DNA of 64,000 nucleotides from Bacillales bacterium UBA4691 (GCA_002404865.1 DHKP01000011.1:5791-69790); one strand, 5' to 3'. Shown: positions 36,398 through 46,438, counted from the first letter of the stretch. The notes: generated by a model from the sequence alone, not told the origin. A program made the numbers and translations.

Positions 36398-38428
36398 TTA
36401 TCTTTCCTCTTTATTTTCTGGATGAAGCAGGAGAAGAATTTCTTCTACAAAATCATTGACAGTCAATAACCTTCCATAGAGATTGACCGGAATAGTTATT
36501 TTAAAGGAATGGTTGATGTCTTCTACTAAAGTGACATAACTCATCGAGTCACCGCCTAAATCCCTCCCAAAATCAGCTTCATCATCAATTTTGAATTGCG
36601 GTATCATAAGGGTTGAAGCAAATTCGTTTTTAACGCCTTTCGTGATTCGTTCGACTTCTTTTTGGTCGTATAAGGAGAAATCGCGCGACGATTTTTTCTT
36701 TTTTCCGATATTTCCTTCTGGATCATAGAAATCATCCACATCGCCTTTTTCTAAAGCGTCTTTCAAGACGAATCGTTTCACTTTCATGTTATTCGCTAAA
36801 GGCATCGAATGTTTATAAATCAAAAATCTCTGCACTTTCTTTTCGTTTGCTAATGTTGCGTTAATCGCCTTTGCATCCGCGATGATGGAAGGGAAATCGT
36901 CACTTGTCACGGAATTATCCAATTCAAAGATTAAGGTAATTTCTTCTTCATTCGAATCTTTCTTTTTGATTCCCAAAACGACGTCATTCACAACATGTCG
37001 AATATTGTGGAAATAAAACTCGATTTCATCCGGATAGACGTTTTCGCCATTGCTATTGATGATGACATCTTTCATTCGGCCCTTGATGTAATAAGCGCCT
37101 GTAGAATCTTTTTCAGCGATGTCGCCGGTATGAAAATAGCCATCGTCAAGAGGCGTCTCTTTTTCTATTCCGCCTATGATTTCGCGAATGTGAACCGTAG
37201 GGGTTTTGACGAGCAATTCACCTTGGCCTTTCGCCCCCCCGGTGATTGGCTTTAATTTGAAAGTGATTCCGTGCAATGGGTGACCAATTGAGCCGCGAAG
37301 CCTATCTTCAACACGGGGGGACAATTCAACAGATACAACCCCGAGTTCTGTCATGCCATAGCCATTGTATAGAGGATAGCCTAAGCCATTTATGAAATTG
37401 AGCGTTTTCGCGTTGAGATATCCGCCTCCGGAAATGCAATATTCAACGTCTTTCCCTAGGATTTTCTTTCGGACTATGTTTTGAACGAAACAAGCGGAAG
37501 CAAATCCTGCTTCCTCTTTAGAAATTTTGCCGGTATTATACGCAATCATTCTTCGCAATAGATCGGCGTTTTTCGGATTTCCTAATTCGATAGTCCGTTG
37601 GGCTTTTTGAGCCACTGCATCCCAAAATAAAGGAACGCTATAGATATGCGTGCATCTCCCCTTTTTAATCGCGTTCAAGACATCTCTATTAGAGGAAGAA
37701 GAAGGATAAACCAATGCTTTTCCATAAAAGGTATACCATAAAAACACAGCAACAAATCCGAAAATATGATGGAACGGAATCATCGCTAAATTTCGTATTT
37801 TGCCTGGGTGCATGATTGTGCATGTTTCGTTTGGCATGTCCAAAGCGGCAGCGATTTGGTTGCACATGGCGTTGCCATCGCTTACCATCATTTTTACGTT
37901 GCCCGTTGTTCCGCTTGAGCAAAAGATTACCTCGTTGCCCCAACTTGGCGTGAAATTGTAATTCGGCTCGCTTTGGGTGATTTTGCTAATTCGGAAACTA
38001 GGAACGTCATAGGAAGTCGCCTCGTTAAAAATAATCGCCTTTGCTTTCGCTTGCTTTAATAAATTCTCAGTATTTTCATGCGGAAGTTTGGCATCGATAA
38101 GCAAAGGTGTGTGACCTGTCATTAAAATCGCCCAAAACATGTGGGGCCAAGTTGGGCAATTGCGAAGTTTTAAAGCAACGACTGAACCGACGGGAACGCT
38201 AGATAAAGCTGTCGTCATTCTTTCGGCGAGGTGATAAGTGATCGTCTTATATTGTTCGTAATTATATTCGTAACGTTTATCGTCCTCGTCGAAATAAATC
38301 GTAGAGATGTTTTTGCCATGAGAATTCATTGCCATTTCATAAATATCATGGAAAGTCCGATTGGTATTTAATAGGGTTTTTGCCGTATCGAGTAATCTCG
38401 CGACTGGTTCCCGCTCATAATGTTTCAT
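36398..38428 (-). CDS. acyl-AMP-forming adenylation enzyme (FadD/FAAL-like) fused to a C-terminal phosphopantetheine carrier domain
   Basis: Adenylation motifs SSGTTGNVK, NGYGMTE, YFHTGD and GRMKDVIINSNGENVYPDEIE. C-terminal carrier motif DLGGDSMSYVTLVEDI (Ser attachment site). Confidence 0.75.
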   Translation of the reverse strand: MKHYEREPVARLLDTAKTLLNTNRTFHDIYEMAMNSHGKNISTIYFDEDDKRYEYNYEQYKTITYHLAERMTTALSSVPVGSVVALKLRNCPTWPHMFWAILMTGHTPLLIDAKLPHENTENLLKQAKAKAIIFNEATSYDVPSFRISKITQSEPNYNFTPSWGNEVIFCSSGTTGNVKMMVSDGNAMCNQIAAALDMPNETCTIMHPGKIRNLAMIPFHHIFGFVAVFLWYTFYGKALVYPSSSSNRDVLNAIKKGRCTHIYSVPLFWDAVAQKAQRTIELGNPKNADLLRRMIAYNTGKISKEEAGFASACFVQNIVRKKILGKDVEYCISGGGYLNAKTLNFINGLGYPLYNGYGMTELGVVSVELSPRVEDRLRGSIGHPLHGITFKLKPITGGAKGQGELLVKTPTVHIREIIGGIEKETPLDDGYFHTGDIAEKDSTGAYYIKGRMKDVIINSNGENVYPDEIEFYFHNIRHVVNDVVLGIKKKDSNEEEITLIFELDNSVTSDDFPSIIADAKAINATLANEKKVQRFLIYKHSMPLANNMKVKRFVLKDALEKGDVDDFYDPEGNIGKKKKSSRDFSLYDQKEVERITKGVKNEFASTLMIPQFKIDDEADFGRDLGGDSMSYVTLVEDINHSFKITIPVNLYGRLLTVNDFVEEILLLLHPENKEER

Positions 38429-38537
38429 AACTATTGCCTAATTTTTATAAAGTAAATCTTTTCGTCGCTCTCGCACCATATTGTAGCGGATTTTCTCTCC
38501 TTAGTTATAATAAAAGCTTACGGAGGCTTTTTCGAGG

Positions 38538-39482
38538 ATGCGTTTTCTTAAAAATAGTGATGTAAAAGTTCTATATATGGGTACTCCCAATATGTCCGCT
38601 AAAGTGTTGGAAGCGTTAATAGGGAATGGATATACCATAGTTGGCGTTGTTTCCCAAGAAGATAAAGCGGTTGGAAGACATAGGCTCATAGAAAAAACGC
38701 CAACCAAGCTTGTGGCAGAAAAATATAACATTCCCGTTTTCGAGCCGCGCAAAATCCGTGAGAATTATGACTTTGCTAAAAAGCTTGATTTCGATGTTAT
38801 CGTCACAATGGCCTATGGCCAAATTATTCCCCAAGAGCTACTCGATCTTTCTAAAATTGGTAACGTCAATCTCCATGGCTCTATCCTTCCAAAGTATCGA
38901 GGAGCCGCCCCTATCCAACGCGCGATTATGGATGGAGATAAAGAAACAGGCATTTCTCTTATGGAAATGGTTGCCGCAATGGATGCAGGGGATGTCTACG
39001 ATACCATAAAAGTAGCAATTGACCCGCTTGATACCTATTCTTCTTTGGCGACGAAATTAAGCGAAGCCGCTGCCGATTTAATCGTTAAGGATTTAATAAA
39101 ATACGCAAATGGGGAACTAGCTAGGCATAAGCAAGAAGAATCACTAGTAACGGTTGCTAAAAAAATCGCCCCCTCCGAAGAACGAATTCCTTTGAATTTG
39201 GACGTTGATAAAACTTCTTGCTATATCCGTGGGTTAAGCGAGGAACCAGGTGCCTATTTTGTATTAGGAGACAAAAAACTTAAAGTTTACGGAGCAAAAG
39301 TGTTTTCCGATGAAATTTTAGGGGAAATTGGCTCTATTATTTGTAATAAAAAGCATTTCTTGTTGCAATTAAAGAACGGCATATTGGAACTATTATCCGT
39401 GCAAGTTGAAGGCAAAAAGAGAATGGATGGTGTTTCTTTCCTTCAGGGCGCCCATCTATCTAGCAGCACGAAACTATCCTAA
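38538..39482 (+). CDS. fmt: methionyl-tRNA formyltransferase
   Basis: VLYMGTPNMS, NLHGSILPKYRGAAPIQRAI, and a C-terminal beta-barrel domain. Confidence 0.9.
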   Translation: MRFLKNSDVKVLYMGTPNMSAKVLEALIGNGYTIVGVVSQEDKAVGRHRLIEKTPTKLVAEKYNIPVFEPRKIRENYDFAKKLDFDVIVTMAYGQIIPQELLDLSKIGNVNLHGSILPKYRGAAPIQRAIMDGDKETGISLMEMVAAMDAGDVYDTIKVAIDPLDTYSSLATKLSEAAADLIVKDLIKYANGELARHKQEESLVTVAKKIAPSEERIPLNLDVDKTSCYIRGLSEEPGAYFVLGDKKLKVYGAKVFSDEILGEIGSIICNKKHFLLQLKNGILELLSVQVEGKKRMDGVSFLQGAHLSSSTKLS

Positions 39483-39582
39483 TTATATTCTTCAAAAATT
39501 CGATAAATCCAATCTATTTTGGTTATTCAAAGGCTAGTGCTTACTATGGTATAATTCCGCAAGTTGTTAGAAAGGAAAACAA

Positions 39583-40467
39583 ATGAAACAAATCGCGATT
39601 TTACTCGATAGCACTTGTGACATGACTATCAATCTTTTACATGAATACGATATCGATTATGTTCCGATGGGTTTTTCCATTGGCGATAAAGAATATTCCG
39701 CGCTTCTATCTTGGGACAATATTTCACCGAAAGAATTTTATGAAACGATGAAGAAGACTCGCGTCTATACGAGCCAAGTCAAGGATGTGGATTTTGAAAA
39801 GAAATTCAATGAACTCCTTGATCAAGGTAAGGATGTTTTATACTTAGGGTGCAGCAGCGGCTTATCTAAGTCGGTATCCCGTGGGGAAGTCATCGCACAT
39901 GAAGTGATGAAAAAACGCCCCGGCGCTCAAATTAGGGTCGTTGATTCTTTAATTTCTGGGATGGGGCAAGGGCTATTAGGGATTTATGCCTCCTTTTTAC
40001 GCAAAGAAGGAAAAACCCTTGACGAAATCGCTTCTTTGTTAGAAGAAAATCGCCTTAAATACAATCAATGGGGCACGGTCAATGACCTTAATTATCTAAA
40101 GAGAGCAGGACGCGTGAAAGCTAGTGCCGCTTTTTTCGGGAATATATTCGGGGTTAAGCCAATTATTATCAGTGATATCCATGGGAACAATTTCGCTTAT
40201 AAAAAAGTGAAAGGAAGAAAAGCATCTTTAGAAGAAATCGCTAATTCGGTTGCGAGTAATATTGTTGACCCAGAGAATCACTATGTAGCGATTTCGCATG
40301 CTGACTGCGAAAAAGACGCTCTTGAATTAAAGAGCTTAATCGAAGGCAAAATTAAAGTTAAGGGTTTCTATCTCACTCCTTTAGGCCCTATTCTTGGCGC
40401 TAGCTGTGGGCCCAACACCATCATTGCTTTCCATTACGGAAAAGAAGTCGCCTTGAAGGGTGAATAA
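39583..40467 (+). CDS. DegV family fatty-acid-binding protein (FakB-type)
   Basis: IAILLDSTCDM...TSQV... DegV layout. 294 aa. Immediately upstream of the DAK2 (FakA-type) gene. Confidence 0.85.
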   Translation: MKQIAILLDSTCDMTINLLHEYDIDYVPMGFSIGDKEYSALLSWDNISPKEFYETMKKTRVYTSQVKDVDFEKKFNELLDQGKDVLYLGCSSGLSKSVSRGEVIAHEVMKKRPGAQIRVVDSLISGMGQGLLGIYASFLRKEGKTLDEIASLLEENRLKYNQWGTVNDLNYLKRAGRVKASAAFFGNIFGVKPIIISDIHGNNFAYKKVKGRKASLEEIANSVASNIVDPENHYVAISHADCEKDALELKSLIEGKIKVKGFYLTPLGPILGASCGPNTIIAFHYGKEVALKGE

Positions 40468-40473
40468 GAATTC

Positions 40474-42135
40474 ATGGATAATAAAACTTTGTCGGGGAAC
40501 GATTTTATTCGTTTGCTCAAAAAGGGATATGAGGCCTTGTCTAGTAACTACGAAGCAATCAATGACCTCAACGTTTTCCCTGTGCCGGACGGCGATACTG
40601 GCACAAACATGAAAATGACTTTTGCTGGTGGGCTCCGCTCGATTGTCAAAAGCGATGACTTAGGATCGCTAGCGACTGATTTTGCGCGCGGATCTTTATT
40701 TGCGGCCCGTGGCAATAGCGGCGTTCTTTCTAGCCAATATTACAAAGGAATCGCCGATGGCCTAAAAAACAAAAAGGATGCAGATGTCCCCACGTTCGCT
40801 AAAGCGATGGTAAACGGGTATAAAGTCGCTTATTCTGCAGCGGCTGATCCTGTTGAAGGGACGATTCTTACTGTTGGAAGAGAAGGAATAGAAAACGTTA
40901 TCAATCATTCCAAGAATCTAAAGGATTTCCCGACTTTCTTTGCGGCCGTTGTGGAAGCGATGAAGGCTTCTTTGGACAATACGCCAAACCTTTTGCCTGT
41001 TTTAAAAGAAGCCGGCGTCGTCGATAGTGGCGGCAAAGGATTACTTACGATTTTCCAAGGTTTTTTAGGCGCTTATACTGGTAAGGAAGAATCGTCTTCA
41101 GAAATCGATACAAAGATTGAAGAGAGCTTTGCTAGCAATACATCAGCCCCAGTCGACTACAGCGCCTTTAATGAAAATAGCGTTCTCGACTATGGCTATT
41201 GCACGGAATTTTTGTTGCAGCTTCTATCTTCTAAAACTAACGTGAAACGTTTTTCGATAAAGCGCTTTATCGCTTGGCTTGAGGAACATGGCAATTCCAT
41301 CGTTTGCTTTCAAACTGGAACGGTCATAAAAGTTCATGTGCATACAAAAAAGCCCTACGAAGTGATTCGTTACGCCCAAAAATATGGCGAATTTGTTGCC
41401 TTTAAGATGGAAAACATGGCGCTTCAGCATAACGAAGTCATCATCAAAGAAGAGAAGAAAAAGAAGGAGCGCGTTCCTAGCGCGATTATCGCAATCGGTC
41501 AAGGGGAAGGGATTAAAGACCTTTACCACTCCTTAGGGGCAGATATTGTGCTTGATGGCGGAAAAACGATGAACGCTTCTACCGAAGAAATTATTGATGC
41601 GGCTAAATACGCCAACGCGGAAGATGTTATTCTTCTTCCTAATGAAAGCAATATTCTTCTTGCGGCAAAACAAGCGCAAAATCTCTATAAAAAATGCCGT
41701 ATCCATGTCGTAGAAACTAAAAACCTTGTTGAAGGATACATCGCTTTATCGATGCTAGTTGACAAAAACGATGTGCAAGGAACGATCGATGCCTTTAATG
41801 AAGCGATAAAATCCCTTGATTACGGCTTCGTTGCTTTAAGTAACCGCGATATCGAAATCGAAGGGGAAACGGTTCCTTCCCATACTTATATCGGAGGGAT
41901 AAATAAAGAAATCCTCGCAAGTGGGCTAACTGCTGAGATGACCTTAGATTCTCTCCTTTCATATGTCAAAGGCCTTGAAAATAAGAGTGCCTTGCTTTTA
42001 ATCCGCGGAAAAGCGACAAAAGAAGAAAACGCAAATCAATTACTTGAAGCTTTAAAAAATAAATACCCTGATTTGGAAATCGGTTTACTCAGCGGCGAAC
42101 AAGAAGTTTATGATTATTTAGTAGGGATTTACTAA
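40474..42135 (+). CDS. fakA: DAK2-domain fatty acid kinase subunit (YloV/FakA-type)
   Basis: PVPDGDTGTNM Dak2 motif, about 550 aa, three-domain layout. Confidence 0.8.
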   Translation: MDNKTLSGNDFIRLLKKGYEALSSNYEAINDLNVFPVPDGDTGTNMKMTFAGGLRSIVKSDDLGSLATDFARGSLFAARGNSGVLSSQYYKGIADGLKNKKDADVPTFAKAMVNGYKVAYSAAADPVEGTILTVGREGIENVINHSKNLKDFPTFFAAVVEAMKASLDNTPNLLPVLKEAGVVDSGGKGLLTIFQGFLGAYTGKEESSSEIDTKIEESFASNTSAPVDYSAFNENSVLDYGYCTEFLLQLLSSKTNVKRFSIKRFIAWLEEHGNSIVCFQTGTVIKVHVHTKKPYEVIRYAQKYGEFVAFKMENMALQHNEVIIKEEKKKKERVPSAIIAIGQGEGIKDLYHSLGADIVLDGGKTMNASTEEIIDAAKYANAEDVILLPNESNILLAAKQAQNLYKKCRIHVVETKNLVEGYIALSMLVDKNDVQGTIDAFNEAIKSLDYGFVALSNRDIEIEGETVPSHTYIGGINKEILASGLTAEMTLDSLLSYVKGLENKSALLLIRGKATKEENANQLLEALKNKYPDLEIGLLSGEQEVYDYLVGIY

Positions 42136-42138
42136 TTT

Positions 42139-42681
42139 ATGGACCAAAAATTGCTAGAAAAGAAACTTGATACGAAAGAAATCTATCACGGTAAAATACT
42201 AAACGTGTTTGTTGACGATGTTCTTCTTCCAAATGGCAAAAAGAGTACGCGAGAACTTATTCGTCACTGTAAAGCCAGCGCTGTCCTTGCTTTTGACGAT
42301 AATGGCAACGTTATTTTAGAAGACCAATTCCGCTATCCCTATAATACAGTCATTACTGAAATCCCCGCGGGTAAAGCGGATGGAGATGAAGATCCTCTTG
42401 TTACCGCAAAACGTGAACTCCTAGAAGAAACTGGATACGAAGCGAATGATATTGCTCTACTAGGGGAATTCTATCCTTCTGTCGCTTATACCGATGAAGT
42501 GATTTACCTTTACGAAGCGCATTCTTTGAAGAAAAAGGAACAGCACCTTGACGCTGACGAATCCCTGTCCTTCTATTTTAAAAGTTTCGAGGAATTCAAG
42601 CGTATGGTTAGCGAAGGAAAAATCAAGGATGGAAAAACGCTTGCCGCCTTGGCTTATTATTTATTGAAACACGCAATGTGA
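42139..42681 (+). CDS. NUDIX hydrolase (ADP-ribose pyrophosphatase-like)
   Basis: Nudix box GKADGDEDPLVTAKRELLEETGY. Confidence 0.8.
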   Translation: MDQKLLEKKLDTKEIYHGKILNVFVDDVLLPNGKKSTRELIRHCKASAVLAFDDNGNVILEDQFRYPYNTVITEIPAGKADGDEDPLVTAKRELLEETGYEANDIALLGEFYPSVAYTDEVIYLYEAHSLKKKEQHLDADESLSFYFKSFEEFKRMVSEGKIKDGKTLAALAYYLLKHAM

Positions 42682-42714
42682 CTTGCATCGGGATTTTGTT
42701 TTGCCTATGGAATT

Positions 42715-43031
42715 GTGATTATTTATCAAAAACTGGGTCGCGACAATACTCCCTCTATCATCGAAAAGATGAAAGACGGCAAAACGAGAATTTTGAGCAA
42801 AAAAGAAACCTTAATCGCCTTAAAGACTAAACTCTTAGAAGAAACGAATGAATATCTTTCTTCCTGTGAATCCCTAGAAGAATTCGCCGATATTGAAGAA
42901 GAGGTGTTGCTCTTCCTTTAGAAAGTGGCCATACTTTAGGGGAATTAGAAAAGATTCGTCTAAGAAAAAGAAATCGCAATGGTGCTTTTAGCAAATGTTT
43001 CTTTCTAGAAATAGTTCCGAATAAAAAATAG
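42715..43031 (+). pseudogene. frameshifted small MazG/PRA-PH-like nucleoside triphosphate pyrophosphohydrolase gene
   Basis: Frame 1 gives IIYQKLGRDNTPSIIEK...LLEETNEYL...EEFADIEEEVLLFL* (TAG at 42919). Frame 3 continues from 42921 with ESGHTLGELEKIRLRKRNRNGAFSKCFFLEIVPNKK*. Together they look like one roughly 105-aa family member. Confidence 0.65.
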
Positions 43032-43048
43032 GGCCGATTTATCGGCCC
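43031..43048. terminator. bidirectional hairpin shared by the MazG-like remnant and thrS
   Basis: GGGCCGAT-TT-ATCGGCCC. On the minus strand it is followed by TATTTTTTATT, 10 nt after the thrS stop. Confidence 0.75.
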
Positions 43049-43058
43049 TATTCGTTTC

Positions 43059-44960
43059 TTAGAAGCGAAGCTTTTTATCAATCGAATTACGAATCAGTCT
43101 TACGAATTCATCCAAAGAGACGGTGATTTGCTTTTCACTTCCGTAGATTCGGTAAGTGACTTCGCGATTCTCTTTTTCTTTGTCGCCAACAACAATGGTA
43201 TACGGAATTTTTTGAACTTGCGCATTTCTTAACCGGTAACCTAATTTTTCATTGCTATTATCGAGATAGACGCGCACGTCATTGCCTTCTAGGGCTTTTT
43301 TGACAGCGTTAGCGTATTCTATGTGCGCTTGATTGCTTACGGGTAGAACGATTGCTTGATGAGGCGCTAACCAAGTTGGGAAAGCTCCTCCATAGTTTTC
43401 GGTAATGATGCCGATAAAGCGTTCAACTGAGCCAAATACGACGCGGTGAAGCATATACGGTTCTTTCTTTTCGCCGTTTTCATCAATGTAGAAGCAGCCA
43501 AATCGATGTGGCAAATTCACATCGAGTTGGATGGTGCCGCATTGCCAAGTTCTACCCATCGAATCTTTGAGTTTGAAATCGAGCTTTGGTCCATAGAAAG
43601 CTCCATCGCCTTCATTGATTTGATATTCGTGGCCGCTGTCTTTGCAGGCGGTAGCGAGGGCTTTTTCGCTTTGATCCCAGAATTCTTTGCTACCGATATA
43701 ATCATCTGGGCGAGTGCTTAAGACGATTTTGTAGCTTAGGTCAAAGACTTTATACACTTCGTCTAGTAACCCCATGATGTTTTTCACTTCGCTTTCGATT
43801 TGATCAGGGCGAATCATGATGTGAGCATCGTCTTGGGTAAAGGCCCGCACACGGAATAAACCGTTTAAAGCCCCGCTGGCTTCGTGACGGTGGACGTGCC
43901 CTAATTCGGCATAGCGAAGCGGGAATTCCCGGTAAGAGTGGATATCGTTTTTGTAAACGAGAATTGCGCCAGGGCAATTCATTGGCTTAATTGCAAAGTC
44001 TTTGTCATCGATTTTCGTGGTATACATGTTCTCTTTATAGTGATCCCAGTGCCCGCTAGTCTCCCATAATTCACGGGAAAGCATGGTTGGGCTTTCGATT
44101 TGCAAGTAACCATGGGCGAGGTGTATTTTCCTCCAATAATCGAGAAGCGCGTTCTTCAATAACATGCCATTAGGAAGCCAGAATGGAAATCCTGGGCCAT
44201 AATCGCTAATCATGAATAGGCCTAGTTCTTTGCCTAAACGGCGGTGGTCATTTGCCTTGCGCCTTTCCAAAACCGCAAGGTGCTCTTTTAAGTCTTCTTC
44301 GCTCCACCAGGACGTGCCATAAATGCGTGTAAGTTGTTTATTCTCGCTATTGCCTCTCCAATAAGCACCAGCGATCGATAACAATTTGAAGTGCTTAATC
44401 ATTCCGGTTGATGGAATGTGAGGGCCCTTGCAAAAATCAACGAAATCTCCCTGCGTATAGATAGAGATGTTTTCTTTCTCGTGTTCGGCGATTAATTCGA
44501 GCTTATATGGGTTATCTTTAAAAATTTCTTTCGCTTCCTCGGGAGTGACTTCTTTACGAATGAAGGGATTATCTTCTTTCGCGAGTTTTTTCATTTCCGT
44601 TTCAATACGAGCAAAATCAGCATCGGTGACGATTTTGTTACCGAAATCGACATCGTAATAGAAACCTTCTTCGATGGCCGGCCCAAACCCGAATTTGCAA
44701 TCCGGGTATAAGTGGCGAATCGCTTGAGCCATCAAGTGGGAAGTGCTGTGATTAAGCATCATAAAGGCATCGTTACTTCCTTTTCTCACAAAAGAGAAAC
44801 TCTCTCCTTCGTGGAGAGGCTCTCTCATGTCGATGATTTCTTCCTCACACTTAATGCCGACATCCTCTTTTTTGTGTTCATTATCGAGCACTTTAGCGGC
44901 AATAAAGCCATTCGCTTTATCTTCTAATTCAACTTCTTTTCCGTCATAGATTACTTTCAT
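43059..44960 (-). CDS. thrS: threonine--tRNA ligase
   Basis: Start moved to ATG 44960 (MKVIYDGKEV, SD AAGGA). The 32 upstream codons of the ORF-track call cover the T-box terminator. Has a TGS domain, editing-domain HSTSHLM and class II motifs (HRHEASGAL..FRVRAFTQDDAH). Confidence 0.95.
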   Translation of the reverse strand: MKVIYDGKEVELEDKANGFIAAKVLDNEHKKEDVGIKCEEEIIDMREPLHEGESFSFVRKGSNDAFMMLNHSTSHLMAQAIRHLYPDCKFGFGPAIEEGFYYDVDFGNKIVTDADFARIETEMKKLAKEDNPFIRKEVTPEEAKEIFKDNPYKLELIAEHEKENISIYTQGDFVDFCKGPHIPSTGMIKHFKLLSIAGAYWRGNSENKQLTRIYGTSWWSEEDLKEHLAVLERRKANDHRRLGKELGLFMISDYGPGFPFWLPNGMLLKNALLDYWRKIHLAHGYLQIESPTMLSRELWETSGHWDHYKENMYTTKIDDKDFAIKPMNCPGAILVYKNDIHSYREFPLRYAELGHVHRHEASGALNGLFRVRAFTQDDAHIMIRPDQIESEVKNIMGLLDEVYKVFDLSYKIVLSTRPDDYIGSKEFWDQSEKALATACKDSGHEYQINEGDGAFYGPKLDFKLKDSMGRTWQCGTIQLDVNLPHRFGCFYIDENGEKKEPYMLHRVVFGSVERFIGIITENYGGAFPTWLAPHQAIVLPVSNQAHIEYANAVKKALEGNDVRVYLDNSNEKLGYRLRNAQVQKIPYTIVVGDKEKENREVTYRIYGSEKQITVSLDEFVRLIRNSIDKKLRF

Positions 44961-45190
44961 AATCCTTTTCCTTTCTTGAGGGATAAAAAATAAAACGCCC
45001 TCATCGCTAAGGACGCTTCCGCGTGGTACCACCTTATTTCGAATGAAAAAATTCATTCCTCTCTGAGCTTAACGTGCTTCAGGTTCGCCTAGCTTATTTC
45101 GCTAAGAGCTCGGGAGTGGTACTCCATATGCCTATAGGCATTTGAGCTTGTCTCCTTCAACGCAAGTAAAATCTAGGACGATGGGTAAGC
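44961..45190 (-). promoter_or_regulatory. T-box riboswitch leader of thrS
   Basis: Minus strand carries GGTGGTACCACGCGG (45019-45033), followed by the hairpin CGTCCT..AGGGCG (44995-45015) and TTTTATTTTTT. Stem-I-like GAAGGAGA lies upstream, and an ACC triplet sits at 45082-45084. The 5' boundary is approximate. Confidence 0.7.
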
Positions 45191-45370
45191 AATGTCAAGC
45201 AAAACAAATGGCATAAAAAACGATTCTTATTTTTCTTTCCGCATTAATTAGCTTTTCTAATTATTGTTTTCCTTAATTACAAAATTTGCTTGTGATTTCC
45301 TTCTTTAGTGGCCGATTAAATGCCTTTTACCCTCTTTATCAGCCTTTTGCTTAGGAATAAAATAACAGCT

Positions 45371-46438
45371 ATGAATATTGAATTGTTTGATTATTATCTT
45401 CCTGAAAACCTTATCGCCCAGTCGCCTAGCGAGAAACGCGATGAATGTCGTTTAATGGTTGTAGATCGCGAACATAAAACAATCGAAAATAAAAAGTTTT
45501 TCGATATTATCGATTATTTGCACCCAGGAGATGTGCTTGTCAGAAATAACACCAAAGTCATCCCCGCCCGTTTAATTGGCGAAAAAGTTGAGACGAAAGG
45601 GAAAGTTGAAATCTTGCTCTTACATGAAGTGAAAGCAGAAAAGGACACTTGGGAATGTTTAGTCGGGAATGCCCATAGCGTTAGAGTCGGTACGCACTGC
45701 GCTTTTGGCGATGGCAGACTAACTTGCGAATGCGTAAAAGTACTTCCGGAAGGTATCCGCCATATGAAGTTCTTCTACCAAGGGATTTTCTTAGAAGTTC
45801 TTGATTCGTTAGGGCTTATGCCCCTTCCTCCTTATATTAAGAAACAGTGCGAAGATAATAGCGAATACCAAACCGTTTATGCGAAGGTTCCTGGGAGTGC
45901 GGCAGCTCCAACTGCGGGCTTCCATTTCACGGAAGAACTTTTGCAGCGCATCCAAGAAAAAGGGGTTACTATTATTGATATTACTTTGAATATTGGCTTA
46001 GGCACCTTTAGGCCAGTGAAAGTATTGGACACTAAAGATCATGTGATGCATAGCGAGACTTATACGATTTCTAAAGAAGCGGCATCATCTTTGAATTCGG
46101 CAAAAAAAGAAGGCAGAAGAATCATCGCGATTGGCACAACTAGCGTTCGTACTTTAGAAAGCAACTTGGCGAAATACGGCGCATTTACCCCAACAAATGA
46201 TGAAGCGACAAGTATTTTCATCACACCCGGTTATGAATACCAAGCAATCGATGCCTTAATCACGAATTTTCATCTTCCAAAGAGCACGCTCGTTATGCTC
46301 GTGAGCGCTTTTATGGGAAGGAAATGGACATTGCATTGCTATGAAGAGGCGGTTAGAGAAAAATATCGATTTTTCTCTTTTGGCGACGCCATGTTTATAT
46401 ATGGTAAATACGATTATTCCCATCATCTAGATGATTAA
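45371..46438 (+). CDS. queA: S-adenosylmethionine:tRNA ribosyltransferase-isomerase
   Basis: Start taken at ATG 45371 (MNIELFDYYLPENLIAQSP, the canonical QueA N-terminus). Also GFHFT and FSFGDAM motifs. Confidence 0.9.
   Translation: MNIELFDYYLPENLIAQSPSEKRDECRLMVVDREHKTIENKKFFDIIDYLHPGDVLVRNNTKVIPARLIGEKVETKGKVEILLLHEVKAEKDTWECLVGNAHSVRVGTHCAFGDGRLTCECVKVLPEGIRHMKFFYQGIFLEVLDSLGLMPLPPYIKKQCEDNSEYQTVYAKVPGSAAAPTAGFHFTEELLQRIQEKGVTIIDITLNIGLGTFRPVKVLDTKDHVMHSETYTISKEAASSLNSAKKEGRRIIAIGTTSVRTLESNLAKYGAFTPTNDEATSIFITPGYEYQAIDALITNFHLPKSTLVMLVSAFMGRKWTLHCYEEAVREKYRFFSFGDAMFIYGKYDYSHHLDD

Noticed and set aside
44961-45056. 32-codon N-terminal extension of thrS in the ORF track.
   Set aside because: It overlaps the T-box sequence and terminator. 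The canonical ThrRS N-terminus (MKVIYDGKEV) with an SD begins at 44960.
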